Source: Selaginella moellendorffii
Taxonomy: Eukaryota; Plantae; Lycopodiophyta
DNA length: 64,000 nt
Assembly: GCF_000143415.4 (NCBI RefSeq)
Contig: NW_003314330.1
Coordinates: 310,001 to 374,000 of the forward strand
Direction: 5' to 3'
Shown here in pieces: positions 13,130 to 26,058 of this stretch. Numbering within the stretch: position 1 is the stretch's first letter; every line of letters starts with the position of its first letter. The position numbers and the translations under genes are program-made. The notes beneath the pieces were generated by a model, which did not search any database, was not told the DNA's origin, and saw only the letters and a program-made list of their open reading frames with translations.

Positions 13130-14113
13130 TGTCGCTAATGTGATTTCGAGTATCGAAAATTACCTGTCACCTAGTCCTTATGGACACTCTTACCTTATTG
13201 CCACGATGGTAGAAGATCAATATTGCTAGTTCCCTTTATTCTTGTTCAAGTGTTAGTAAATTGGATTTTGCATCTGTACTTGGCCGGATGAGCATAAGGA
13301 AGGAATTTTTAAGTGTCTATTTAGCTAAGCATACTTGGCCCGGCTTGTTAGTTCTCTTTTGCTCTGTCTTGCACTGGCTTGACAAGAACCCTCGCATATT
13401 GAGATTAGTCCCTCAATATTGCTACATGATAGCTACAGGATCACAACTATCATGCCCTTTGTGTTAATCTCAATTTGGTCCTAAATGCTATTTATGGAAA
13501 GTGTCCAGATTTGCTCATTTGGCACATCTACAGAATGGGGGGCGGGGGGAGGGGGGGCTGTGGGGGGTTCCAAATGTATAGTAGGGATAGTGGGTAGGTC
13601 GGGCATAGCCGACCAACTTGAGACATAGTCTAACTCCCATTTGCGTGCCTGTCCTTGTTTTGCGTCTAGCTTGGGTCTAAGCCCAAGTTCCATTCCATAT
13701 TAGCTGGTGGAGTACCTATGTCCTTGCATTAGGCCACTAGTATGCCAAAATAGCGCCAAACTCTGTTTGGCTTCGTTTTGCATGTTGGTCTTAGCATTGA
13801 GATGTTAGTTACTCTAGGACTGTTCCAAGTCGCTTCGGGCTCTTGTCCCTTCACTCTTTGGGCTGTATGTTCAGGAGTTGCTCCATAGTCCAATTCCATC
13901 ATTCCTTGGCTCCATGCTTGGGAGTTTGGCATCGTTCCTTCGTTCAGTGGCCCAAGGCCTTGAACCTTGGGTTCCACACCACGTTCCTTTGGACACATGG
14001 CATATGACATGTGGCATCTATCACGTGGCACAAAGAGGGTTTAAGTTCCGCTTCATGGTGTTATCCTATGGTAAATCACCATAGGATAAAGGGTCAAAAC
14101 CATGTGTGCTACA
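13130..14113 (+). repeat. 3' LTR, family A
   Basis: Preceded by a polypurine tract and followed by TSD CCTTA. Confidence 0.9.
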
Positions 14114-17047
14114 CCTTAACATTAAATATAGAATTCCTTGGGTAATAAATAACTTTAAAATCATATATTTAAAGTTTTAAAACCCACTAAGCTATATAAC
14201 TAACCAAATTCTTCTGTTTCAATAATGAAATAATTGCAATATCATCACTTTATAGTAATGTCTAAAACCTATACAAATGCTTTTTTAAAGCCCAAACTAC
14301 TACTAGACACTCATTCTCTATTGTGGAGTATAGTTCACTTTTACTAACTATAATGTATAATTGATATATACAATAGAATGATGTTGACTAGGAACACTTG
14401 TGTTTTCTTGTGTCAACACACTCCTAATACTAATATTAAAATCATCCATATGCAAAATAAAAAGTCAAGTGTTTTCATGATATATAATAATTATAATGAA
14501 CAATAGCTTTTGTAAATCTTTATAATAAATTTTGCCGATCAAGATGTTTGTGGGGGCCATCAAGTGCTTCAGGATTATGAAAGGTTACAAAGCCATTGAT
14601 CTACTTATAATGTGGATCTTTAGACTATGCTTAACTCTCCAGGCAAATCTCATGTAGTTAGGATGCTATAATTGAAGGAGTCTTTAATATCTCTTTCAGA
14701 TCCATAAATACCTGCTTGCAATCCATAAACCAAATGAAAAATGATATTGATGACTTTAGAAACACTCATAATGGTGTAATATAATAAAAAATATAATCAA
14801 TAAAATAATCAAAATATTATACATTACCTAGGAAACACTTCATATCATTCATATATTTTGGAGTAGGGAACTTTAGAACAACTATAAATTTATGAGGATC
14901 AACATACTAACCTTCATAAGAAATATAGTCTTTAGACCCAAATATACACTTTGATCGCTTTAGCTTTAAACTAACTTCTTGTAATCAATTCAACATATTG
15001 CGGACATCACAATGTATGCACAATTGTATAGTATTAAAAAATTGCACCAATTGCTGCTTTAAAGTCAGAGGAGGAGGAGGCTACTACTCTACCATGAAGA
15101 TAAATGAAAAGTAAAAGAAAAAATGGAAAAATCTACAAAAGTAATAAAGATCTAGACAATGTAAAAGTTAAATCTATACAAATTCAATCACTCTTGAGAT
15201 AAAATAAAAAATGCCTTTCATCTTCACCAATATGAGTGCATGGATACATAAATATGCATATTTGATTAGCATGAAAACCTTAGCTTATATATTAGAGTGA
15301 AGACTAAATTGATAAAACATGTATATACATTTGCCAATATCCCATAGGGACTAGCACAAACACTGGGTGTGCTGCCTTATAATGGAGTTACCTAGTGAAA
15401 CTCTCCCTTGTCCAAAGTGACTCTAAGCCTAAAGTAGAAATAGTTGCAATTGCCTTTGCCATACCAAATCCAAATCCCCTTTCATATAAACTACAGGATC
15501 AACTCTAGGGGGCACCATCTTTAGCAAATCTCTTTCTTATCTCCATCACCAAAATATGGTAGCTAAACTTTCTACCACTCCTCAAGCCTCATTAGCTTCT
15601 CCTTGTTCCAGAGGATGGCATGGTGTAGCCTAACTGCCACTAGCATGAGTCTCCACCACTCTGCCATCACCACTAATACTTAGACTTGGACCCTGTCAAA
15701 ATGAGCCCCAATTGCATGCTTCTCATAAGGCCTATCACATGCCATACCACCCATCTAGCATGGCCCAAAGCCTCCCACACAGGGACCCCTATCTCCACGC
15801 TAGTCTCATCCTAATGGACTTGGATCCCCCAACCATGTCATCTCTTGCATTTGATGTGTTGCAAGGCCTCTTGCTCCCTCAAACTAGTGAATCACATCCC
15901 TATTGCAAGCCTCAAATTCCTGTGTGGTGCCTAAGTCCTTCCCTACCTTGAGGATTTGCTGCCACACTTCTTTTGCTACATCACACTTCTACAATGCGTG
16001 GCTGACCATTTTAGTCTCACCACACTCCTTGCATTTATGACTTGCATCATCTTAGAACCACTATTTGACCAGGAGTCTGTTGTTGGCAACTAACCATAAT
16101 GTGATTTTCACTTTTTTATATATGGGGAGCTTCTAGAATTTCACTATGTTATGCACCATCTATTCCGTATTCACCCCTTGCACTATCCACTTCTGCCATA
16201 GCTTTAGGATTTCCTCCTTTACCTCCTCTCTGGATGTTATCAACCAATTGTGTCATATGAGAAGAAGTCATTTGTGCAAGGTTTGGATTAAAACCAATCT
16301 AATGGCTATCAAAATCTAATATTAATGTATGTATTTAAAAATGCTCTAAATTTAATAACCTATATAAGGGTTACAAATAAACTTAGAACTATTAAGTTAA
16401 AAATTTTAACCATTCCCCAAAATCACAAATAAGCACTACTGGTGAATTTAAGGAACCAGAACACATTTATCATCTACATGCCATACTTTGAAATGTGCAA
16501 ATCCTTGTAACACCACCATGACATATGTCCACAATCTGTGTAGCACACAAAACAAGGGGAAGGAAAGAAAACTCACTATATGGGGCTGCAATTAGGTTAG
16601 GCTTGAGAAAGCTGAGATTATGTGAGCTGTAAGAACTTCTGTTTTGGACGCATAGGAGAATTGCATGCTATAGAAACTTTGAGAGCAGCTAATGCTATGT
16701 TGGAGCTATTACTATCTCAGCAGCTAGATATTTAATAAGATATATTTGAGCAGAATGTACAGACTTGCAGTCATGTCTGCTACTCATGGTGGGCGCTTTT
16801 GAGTCTAGTGATGCTCAACCATGTGGACTGGATCGATAAATAGAAGCTCAGAACTTTCATTCTTGAGCCAGGTAACTATAGAGGCCTTTCACCTCTTAAA
16901 AACATGGTCCAGGACACTGATGAAGGCAGCCAACTGCTTGTTAAAAGTCCATCCTTGCCGATCTTATCCAGATGCCACACCTTGTGCATATTTGAAGTTA
17001 AAGTCTTTGCACTTCGATACTTTCTCCTTCAATCGACTTTGTGTGAT

Positions 17048-17425
17048 CTAGTGGTCCTCCACATGCCACTGTCAGTTTTTCTTCAGTTTCGCAATTTTGT
17101 CTCACCAACCTTCTCCCATCCGCCTTGCAACCTCTTCGAACACCACTTCCTCATGTCCTTGCAGGCTGCCTCCTTGAAGATCTACTCGGGTTACTGTCGC
17201 ATCAAGGGCTTACAATCGTACAAGAAATTACTACAAACGCCCGGCTCTTCCTCCCCAGTTTGCGGATCAACACCGATCACTCTCTTCAGCATAACCTCGC
17301 GCTCCTCAGATCGTCGCCATAGCCGGAAGACGCAAGGGAGTGCAAATGGTATGGATGGCGCGCCTGGCCTCTTTGATTCTCGCCAGGGGAGAGAACTCCA
17401 TAGCTTTGGCCTTCCCAGAATGGAA
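17048..17425 (-). pseudogene. Deletion-riddled copy of the FNR-like gene at 1-906
   Basis: Matches about 1-750 with multiple deletions. 3' end reads LKKN*QWHVEDH* (CGA>TGA). Retains VDPQTGEE..GVCSNFLYDCKP. Confidence 0.9.
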
Positions 17426-17962
17426 TAGTAATCTCTAGAGGTCAATGAACATGTAGAGCAAATTGGATTTTGATATCAATTTCGAAAAACACCCGTTCAG
17501 CACGCTCTCCTCACAGAATAGACCTTGGATTTGTCCCTCATGATTCTAAACTTGAAATTGTACCATTGAATAGTTCATTGGTAAGGCAAGAGTTCATTGT
17601 TAAGATCAAAAGGAACTATGCACTATTACATATTTATACTATATTATGAAAGAACTTAAACTGTCCGTATCTAACCAGTTGAGTTGGACATATGTACGAT
17701 TCAATCTCAACATGTGGAGCCCAATGGACCAATGGGACCAAATTGGTTATATGTCATGAATGGGCATCACGAACGGGCAGACAATTCCATTTTAGATGTG
17801 TCATTCTACCTTGCGGTGCTGTGGGGGAATTTCGATCAGTATCTCAAGGACAAGGTCTACTTTATCGACACGGTGTTCCCCTAGCTAATCAATATGAACA
17901 TGTCCAGCCAACCAATTGATTTTTCTTATTCCTTTTTAAGGTGATAATGTTTTTTTTTCCAA

Positions 17963-17970
17963 TATATAAA
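17963..17970 (+). promoter_or_regulatory. TATA box upstream of MTPSL
   Basis: TATATAAA about 45 bp upstream of ATG 18013. Confidence 0.45.
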
Positions 17971-18012
17971 GAACTTCAAAGAAGGTTCATTCATCACTTT
18001 TGTAGCTGAGAG

Positions 18013-18790
18013 ATGGAAGATGTTTTGGCTGAAAAATTGTCAAGAGTTTGCAAGTTCGATTTGCCATTCATCCCTTGTAGCATTCCCTTCGAATGCCATC
18101 CTGATTTTACTAGGATATCCAAAGATACTGATGCATGGGCTCTTAGAATGTTGAGTATCACTGATCCATATGAGAGAAAGAAAGCTCTTCAGGGAAGACA
18201 TAGCTTGTATAGCCCAATGATTATTCCAAGAGGGGAGAGCAGCAAAGCGGAGCTTTCATCAAAGCATACATGGACTATGTTTGTTTTAGATGACATTGCC
18301 GAGAATTTTAGTGAGCAAGAGGGAAAAAAAGCTATTGATATTCTTCTTGAAGTCGCTGAGGGAAGCTATTTCTTAAGTGAAAAAGAGAAGGAGAAGCATC
18401 CTAGCCACGCCATGTTTGAGGAAGTGATGTCACAACTATCTCTGTGTCATCTTTTGCCACAGCCCGGATAATGCAAGCTTTCAAGCGACTGTGGACAAGG
18501 TATGCGAAATGATCCAGGAGACCGAAGCCGAGATCTTGCAACTCCAACAGAAGCTGATTAAGCTGGGCGAGGAAACTGGGGACAAAGATCTGGTGGAGTA
18601 TGCAACATGGTACCCTTGTGTGGCATCTGGAAATCTTCGCTGGTCATATGTCACAGGACGGTACCATGGACTTGACAATCCGCTGCTGAATGGTGAACCA
18701 TTCCAAGGAACCTGGTTTCTACATCCAGAAGCCACCCTCATCTTGCCATTGGGATCCAAATGCGGCAATCATCCATTTATCACGATTTGA
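18013..18790 (+). pseudogene. MTPSL: Microbial terpene synthase-like (SmMTPSL-type) gene with an internal deletion and frameshift
   Basis: N-half carries FVLDDIAE (DDxxE); C-half carries NLRWSYVTGRY (WxxxxxRY). Junction EEVM-T|CAC AAC TAT (HNYLCVIF) at 18430/18431 shifts frame; no NSE/DTE motif is present. Intronless. Confidence 0.9.
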
Positions 18791-19225
18791 TTTTATGTCT
18801 TTGGGAAATGTATTGTGTTCTATAATAAACTGGAATTAATTAAATAAAAGGAGAAACGGGGTTTAGTGAACGTAGGCTCATCTATCGCGGTTTCGTGCAA
18901 ATGTGTCTCCGGGGACTTGCTCACTGCCATAAGAAGTGGGTTTTCACATAAGACTAATCAACGAGAATAGTGGTCCTTAGCTCACGCCAAATAGCGTCTT
19001 GTTTCAAAGTAGACAGTGTTATTTAAGTTCCAGAAAAACTGACTGCCTTCTCGGCCCTCGACCATCTCCCTGATCTCAGCCTCGCCATTCACTTGAACGG
19101 GCAGGACTTCTCGGCCTCGACACAGCAATAGCGCTCGGGCATTGGAGTGATCTCAGTAAGTACCAGTAAAGTTTTCCTAATGCAGCAGTAATTTAATGTT
19201 TCTCCTATGTAACACTTGTGTTTAG

Positions 19226-19333
19226 TGAGATAGTAGATGTCTTGACTGAAAGATTGGCTAGAGTACAAGCTTGATTGATTCTTCATCCCTTGTAGCATTT
19301 CCTTTGAATGCCATCCTGAATTTATTTAGGATA
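19226..19333 (+). pseudogene. MTPSL 5' fragment
   Basis: ttcatcccttgtagcatttcctttgaatgccatcctga matches 18068-18105. Confidence 0.75.
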
Positions 19334-19844
19334 GGCGAACTTATGCTAGAGACAGAGGAGACAGAGAAAAAGAAGAAAAGAAGTGGAGTGGTTTACTTGT
19401 CTTTAGACTGGAAAACTCATCAAGAATGGAAGCTGGAATCGATCTGGAATCGATTCTGAACAATGCTTGAAGCCTCAAACTCTCAATCCCGTTGCAAAGC
19501 TCTCGGCATCAGCACTCAAATCAAAATGAAAAAAACCTCGATCTTGCCTACGAACCCGCCTCACGTCCTGGACACCTCATGAAAACTTTGTGAGAAAATA
19601 AATAGGTGGATTTCTTCTTTTGATTGTTGATCATATAGCCTCTCTGTGGCTTTCTTTTTCGTGTGGTGCTGTGTGAATTGGCATCTTGTGAGTAACTACC
19701 GACCAGCCCTGTCAAACAATGTGTCAATGGCACTTCCAAATAGCACAAGAGGAGCAAAAAATTTCAGATTATTAATCTTTTTGACAAATCACAGGTTGGT
19801 GGCAGCCTTTAAGATTTTATAACTTGTGAGCTGTTAGAATCAAA

Positions 19845-19985
19845 CTTTGTAGCAAGGTAGCTACTAAGTGAGATGAAAGATGTCTTGGCGTTTGGAGTTA
19901 GTTTGATTTGCCTTCTACCCTTGTAGCATTCCCTTTGAATTTTACTAGGATATCGGAAGTTACTGATGCAACGGGCTATGAAGAT
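19845..19985 (+). pseudogene. Second MTPSL 5' fragment
   Basis: gagatgaaagatgtcttggc...cccttgtagcattccctttgaattttactaggatatc...actgatgca matches about 18009-18145 with deletions. Confidence 0.7.
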
Positions 19986-20387
19986 CCATGTAGAACTCAC
20001 ACATACTGCCTCTGACTAAGAGGCGTCCTCCACCAAAGAATCCAGATAGTTTTCAGGCAAATCATGTAGCAAGCAACAGTGGGGGATCCATGAGACTTTT
20101 AAAGGTCGACATCACCTCCTCAAACATGACAAAGGATTCTTGTTCACTAAAGACAGTTTTCCTCTGCAGCTTCAAGCAGAATATCGGCAGCATTTTGCCT
20201 CTTGCGATTGACCACCTCCGCAATGTTATCAAAAACAAAAAAAATTCATGTCATATAGTCCACAAGAATTTCTTTCTTTTCTATCCGTGATCTAAAAGGA
20301 ATGAATGTTCGGAATGTTGTGTCCTGGATGGCAGCGAGGAGCAATCCAGCTGCCCAGAATATTCCGCCAGAAGGCCTTCTATTCTCC

Positions 20388-20875
20388 TCGATTCTTGTAG
20401 ATCTTCTCTGTGCGATACTTCACTACATTTTGCGCGCAGCTGTGAGCAAGAGATTTTTGTCGACAATGTAGATTGCTTGATATCTCGACAGATCGCGAGC
20501 TCCTCTACAGATATTTCGGAGAGCTTCTCATTCGTTTCTTGCAAATCTCCCCATCGTCGATCGCTCGCCATGTTTTCTCTCCATCGATACAGGTAATAAG
20601 CACAAGCTCTCCAAAATCTCTACAACACCTACGGCAGGAATCCAAGTCGGTATAGAATAAGGATATTAAACAGGAGATCTGATCGCCGGCGCTGAAACTG
20701 GTAAGTGACAATCCAACGCATGGTAATGCCGTCTAGCTTGAAGCCGCCACCAGTTCAAGAAGGACGTGATGGAGAATCTCGAGCTGCTGGACCTGGACAG
20801 CTATGCAGTGGACTTCATGTACAATGAGTTTCTTCTGCGCATCTCACGAGCAGGAAAGGAAAGGAAGTGCGTCTA
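20388..20875 (+). pseudogene. Degenerate duplicate of unknown gene X (about 1023-1705)
   Basis: Long matching blocks (cttgatatctcgacagatcgcgagct; agttcaagaaggacgtgatgga) separated by deletions. Confidence 0.8.
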
Positions 20876-20922
20876 TTAGTATTGATAGGCAACATGCGTG
20901 TGTACCATGTTGGAAGATGATC

Positions 20923-21000
20923 TGGACAGGCCGGGGATTGAACCCAAGACCTCCTACACTACTGAATGTTCAGCTGAGTTCTAACATGCTCTAATTCACA
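20923..21000 (-). other. tRNA-like fragment (T-arm/B-box)
   Basis: Minus strand GAGGTCTTGGGTTCAATCCCCGGCCTGTCCA resembles a tRNA 3' half; the 5' half is not convincing. Confidence 0.35.
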
Positions 21001-21599
21001 GTGAAATAAAATTCTTAATCTACTGTGACAGGTAAGTCCTCAAATTTTCAAACAGCTGACTATGTCCAACATATGTCCAACAACATGCACTGGAAACCCC
21101 ATGAATAAAACCACAGAAAAAATACACAATAAAACATTTACTCTTTTGAGGTTTTATTATCAGGATATTTATAGCCATTAAATTAGTTTCAATCCAAACC
21201 ATTTGTTACTATATATAAACTAAGGTTTTTAGGCTTGAATATGAATATTTTTATATTCATATTGGTTGAGGTGATGGGAAACTTTGATCCATGCATCAAT
21301 GTTAGCACAACGCTTTTTTGTTTTAATATGTAAGAATATCTGTAAAGAGCACTTGATTCAACCATGTGGATGGCATCTCTGGTCAGTGGCCTATTGCACC
21401 TAGTACTATTCAAAGCTAAGGATATTTAACCTTAAATACCCCAAAACCCTTAATTGATTGAAAAAGGGTGCATTTTATTTCTTTTTATATTTGAACCTTT
21501 ATAAATTGTTTTTTGTGTCATTTTCTTTGGTTTTTTATACAGATATACTTGTGCTTTTTTGCATTAATACACCCTAAGATCAATATCATAATTATTCAC

Positions 21600-23882
21600 A
21601 TACAAAATAAAAAATCAAATATAGTTAAAATATGCCAAAATTGGAAAAGTTATCAATAGCTTTTTTAAATATGCAAATGCCCACTTGTTGTCCTCAAACT
21701 AGAGAAAAGATGATGTTAATGACTTTAACAATGCTCATAATAGTGTAATACAATAAAAAAGATGATTAACAAAACAATTAAAATATTACACTTTACTTAA
21801 AAAGCACTACACATCATTCACACACTTTGGAGTAGGGAACTTCAAGATAACCATAAATTTATCAATATCAACTTGCAAACCTATGTAAGAAATATAATAC
21901 CCAAGATAAGTCATGACTTTGGACCCAAACACACATTTTGACTGCCTTAACTTTAAATTTACTTTCTACAGCCTATCCAATAGTTTGTGAACATCATGGA
22001 TGTGCTCTTCTTATATCCCTTTTGAGTGGATCAAGACATCATTGATAAAGTTAATAGTCACATTTGTCATATAATAGAAAACCTCATCCATCATCTATTA
22101 GAAAGTCATTAAACTATTGTTTAAACCAAAATAGCATTACCAAGAAATTATATAAACCAAATGGTGTACGAAAAACAATTTTGGAACATCTTCCTTAGCC
22201 ATTACTAGTTTTTAGTAACTAAAAGTAAGATATAACTTTGAACCAACAACTTTTCCCTAAACAATTTAAAAAATCAGTAGTATGAGGAAGAGGATATATA
22301 TTTGATATAGTCACTTTGTTTAATGAGCAATAGTTGATATAAAATTAAATACTTTCATTAAGCTTCATCATAAGATGAGGTTGACTTGGTAACTTTTAGA
22401 TAACACCCTTTTTTAATATTTCCTTAACATGTTAAATCTTGATCTCCTTTGGTGACTGATACTAAATTGAAAGTTTGATTAAACGAGCATCCTTAATTGA
22501 AATAAGATGATATATTGCAATTTTGGCCTAAACGACAGATCAAACTTGAAGAAATCAATATACTCTTTCTTGAGCTAATCAATCATTACAACACAAAGAC
22601 TATCGAAGGGATCTAAAGAAAGAAAAAAGAAGCAAGACAAAAATATAGTAAGAAGTAAAGTGATAAAAAATTGAGAGATGAAGTGGAATATAAAATAAGA
22701 GAAATAGAAGAAAAATAAGAAAGTATGAAATAATAGGGCGAAGCCTCAAAGTCATACTTGGCATGATTGTGCTGCAATTAATATATATTAATGATAAGAT
22801 CAAAAGTTACTTGGCACCATATGTAACAATTAAAGCTCAAGTGTAAGATCACTCGTATGTATAGTTAGGCCTAGCTCAACCTGCATATATGTATGTGTAC
22901 AACTGTTGCCATAGAAAATGAAGATTGCCTCTACCACATAATATAATTATAAATAACAATATATAGCAATAAAAGATGAATTTGAGTTTGTATTAACCAA
23001 CATGCAAAGAATGAGCTTTGAAAGTAAATATTATATGAACTAATGTTGAGTAAACCCTTTAATGGTAATTTTAAAATAAAGATGGAAGGATCACTGATTT
23101 ATTTGAGTAAGGGCTCTTCACTACTTATGTATTTGTTTCCCAAAAAAACATCTATGTTAAGCCATTTCAGTATAACAACATTAATATGACATTTTTGACA
23201 TCAAAGCTTCCACCCAAAAAATAAAAGATGCCAATATAGAAAATGTTGGCAACACTGATATATGAGGCCAATTTTGTAATAACAAATATCACGGCCACAA
23301 CCATATCCTTTTTGTCCTTAAACATAAACAACAACAATGTTAAATTTTATTAAAAAAGGATCATCTCTCACAAAACATATATGTAATAACAAAAGGAGAA
23401 ATGATATTTTATAGCATTGTATCAATTAAAGAGCATCAAGTTACAATTAATGTATGTGGAAGGAATTGTACCACATATTATGAATAATGCTATCAATTGA
23501 GTTTAATTGTTTTTGCTGTATTTGTATAACATCAAACAACTACATCAATTGCTACTCTAAAGTTAAAGAAAAAGAAAATTGCTACTTTACCAATAAGATA
23601 AAACAAAAAGAAACAAAACAAAAAAGAAGAAACTCAAAACTTATATAAATAAGAGAAATTTAGATAATACAAAATTAAAATCATAAATCAAAGTATTCCT
23701 CAAGGACAATTAAAGTTATTATTCACCTCCACCCATGTAAGTGTATAAAATATAAGAATGGAATACAGAAATATATATATTTAATTAGCTAACTTAAATA
23801 TAAAAATGAATGATTTGGATTGAAATGACTCACTACACTAACAATAATATACAAAATGGTAATTATACAATTGGATTTTATA
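21600..23882 (-). mobile_element. Second old copy of Gypsy family B (5' LTR, PBS, protease, RT)
   Basis: 23736-23882 resembles the reverse complement of LTR 58047-58221, with an adjacent PBS-like TGGGTGGAGGTG. 22500-22800 corresponds to about 54900-55230 and 21700-22010 to about 55745-56050. Confidence 0.8.
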
Positions 23883-24104
23883 TAAGTATTTTAATAAATT
23901 TATATTTCAATAAATTTTATATAAGATGAACATCAATTACCTTTTTTAACTGTCAAAATATTTAAACATTTATCCAAGTTTTCTAATGACTAACAACTAA
24001 AATTTTTCTAGGCCAAGAATAAAAATCCACGCCGCCCTTTACATACCACCAGGTATGCACATTTTAGAACTATAAGAATTTGAAGAATGTACAGATAACA
24101 CTAG

Positions 24105-25739
24105 CTATTTGCTAGACATTTTTGCTTTTGCAAATACAACTCCTGCAAACAGTCCTGCACAACAATAGAAAGCATCTCGAACCATATCATCAAGAGAAAA
24201 CCATTGCCTACCAAAAATGATGCTCAGCAAGTTCGGCAAGCTTGTCGGAACTCTAAACAAGGCGATGCCAGCAATGGAGAGCGGTATTTTGTTCAGTGAG
24301 CCCACAAGACTGTAAGAATAGTTGGTCCTCTTATCAGTCGCAAAACAAACGAAATTTACCTGTAGGTGGTGGGACTTGTTTGGTACAAAAACCACATAGA
24401 TGTGAAGCTAATTGCCAAGCCGAACAAGCCACTCAACGTGATAACTAGCCAAAATGTCGGAAGACTCAAAATTGGCCTGCAAACAAAAGAAAAGGCATCG
24501 TTAGCAAAAAAGTTGGACCACGAAAACAAGCACTCACAACGTCGATAAGTACTCAATCTCGTTAAAAAGGAGAATGAGCACGAGACCAAGAGGCAGGGAA
24601 AGAGAATTGTTGAGCAGAACCATCGAAAACTCGCCGAGGTTGCCAGATTTCGTTGCTTGTTTCGCTGTGTCCATTACCTTCCGAAGTGTCAGCTGTAAAA
24701 ACACGTGAACAAGAGAGATTATGTGGTGAGAAAACCAACGTATTACTCACTGAATAAGCAGCTGTGAGAAAGCAATTCAATATCTGCCAAGCGTATCCAA
24801 CTCCGTGGAAAGAAAGATCGGTGAAACCTCCAGCCACAGCAGAGAGAACCTTCATTACTACAAGTTAGGATCTCAGCGTTTTTGGTGAAGAGTGCAGTCT
24901 AAAAAGCAAGTACCATAAGTAATAGAGAGCCCCAGACTTTCCGATTGTGATGCTTGCCGAAGAGATACATTTCTCCCAGCGCGGTCACGATATTCGTCAT
25001 GTTTTTTAGAATTGTTACCATCGCCACGTTCATGTTTTTCAGGCTGTCAACAGAAAGGATTTGGATAAACAACGGAGAAAAGAACGAAAATATTTTTTGC
25101 GATACCTGTAAATGCTGCTGACAAGCATGCCGACAAATATAACGTTCACTGGAAACCAGACTCGAACAAGCTTCCAGGTGATTGGCTCGATCGTTATTGC
25201 CCCCAGGCAGCTCAGTATCACGACTGCGATGACACTGATGAGATTCTGGACAAGAAGAAACCAGGACGTTAGTTTCAGCGCAGAAGAAACGGAAGAAAGA
25301 AAAAAAAACGAGACCTGATAAAACATCAAAGAAATCCCTGCATTAAAGTTATATCCAGAAAGAAGGTACTTGTTTAGCAAAATCATACTGCAAGAGGACG
25401 CACAGTACGCCAGTCCAGACACAACAGCCTGGTGCCGAGATTTTCGAGAATTCTTCTCATCACCTTCGACATCCAGATCTTCCAGAGCACTGGATAGACG
25501 ACTTCCGGGAACAATCCTAAAAAGAAACACACGCAAAAAGAATTTCAAGAACAAGAGGAAAAAAAGAGCTTTAACTCACCTTGCCGAATGCGCTCGTCTT
25601 ATACCTCCGCGAGGACTATTTGGAACTCCATTGACGGGATTGGATCCATTCAGAGCAGCGTTCTCCAAATCATCGGCTCCATTCCTGGAAAACAGATTCT
25701 AAGCGCGAGAGATTGCAGCCTTGCTCACCTCAAAACCAT
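24105..25739 (-). CDS. GONST: Golgi nucleotide-sugar (GDP-mannose) transporter, GONST1/2-like; multi-exon
   Basis: SGLAYCASSCSMILLNK, WFPVNVIFVGML, MWFLYQTSPTTY, SLVGSLNKIPLSIAG, GLFAGVVFAKAKM; GT-AG introns. Confidence 0.9.
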
Positions 25740-26058
25740 GATTTGGCCGATCAACGAAGCTCTAGAGGCCTGCCGGCTCGCATTCTTCACGATCTAGCTC
25801 TACCCTAGGCGAGACTCGCGCGGATCCAATCCTTGGCGCTCCAGTTGACCTATATTTCCTCGCAACATTCTACTAAAGCCCTAATCCATGCAAAACGTGC
25901 TGTGTGGCGTGTGGAGGGGAAATCATGAAGACCTTGGATTGATGGTACGGTAGGACTTTATATTTGTTCCTAGTGGATGGAATTTTTGAGGGAATGCTCC
26001 AAAGTCAACATGAAACAATGGAGATTGTTGCGTAGCTTTGAAACAAGGTATCGATCAA

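Larger units (their letters stand above)
7037..14113 (+). mobile_element. Structurally complete LTR retrotransposon (family A) with decayed internal region
   Basis: LTRs 7037-8152 and 13130-14113 (TG...CA). PBS TGGTATCAGAG (tRNA-iMet type) after 8152. PPT (G-run plus AGAG) before 13130. Perfect TSD CCTTA at 7032-7036 and 14114-14118. No long internal ORF. Confidence 0.93.
3955..16335 (-). mobile_element. Old, heavily mutated Ty3/Gypsy element (family B, same as 53.5-58.2 kb) interrupted by nested insertions
   Basis: Reverse complement aligns by eye with the 53-58 kb element: 3955-4175 to the integrase C-terminus, 6330-6520 to the integrase core, 14120-14480 to RNase H, 14670-15020 to RT, 16281-16330 to part of the LTR. 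Confidence 0.8.

Noticed and set aside
16608-16725. Possible miRNA hairpin (agctgagat...atctcagc)
   Set aside because: Pairing is limited to short ends and cannot be supported without folding or small-RNA data.
16904-17428. 174-aa plus-strand ORF
   Set aside because: Largely the antisense frame of the FNR pseudogene.
20923-21000. Functional tRNA or SINE
   Set aside because: Only the T-arm/B-box half is recognisable; no full cloverleaf or TSD.
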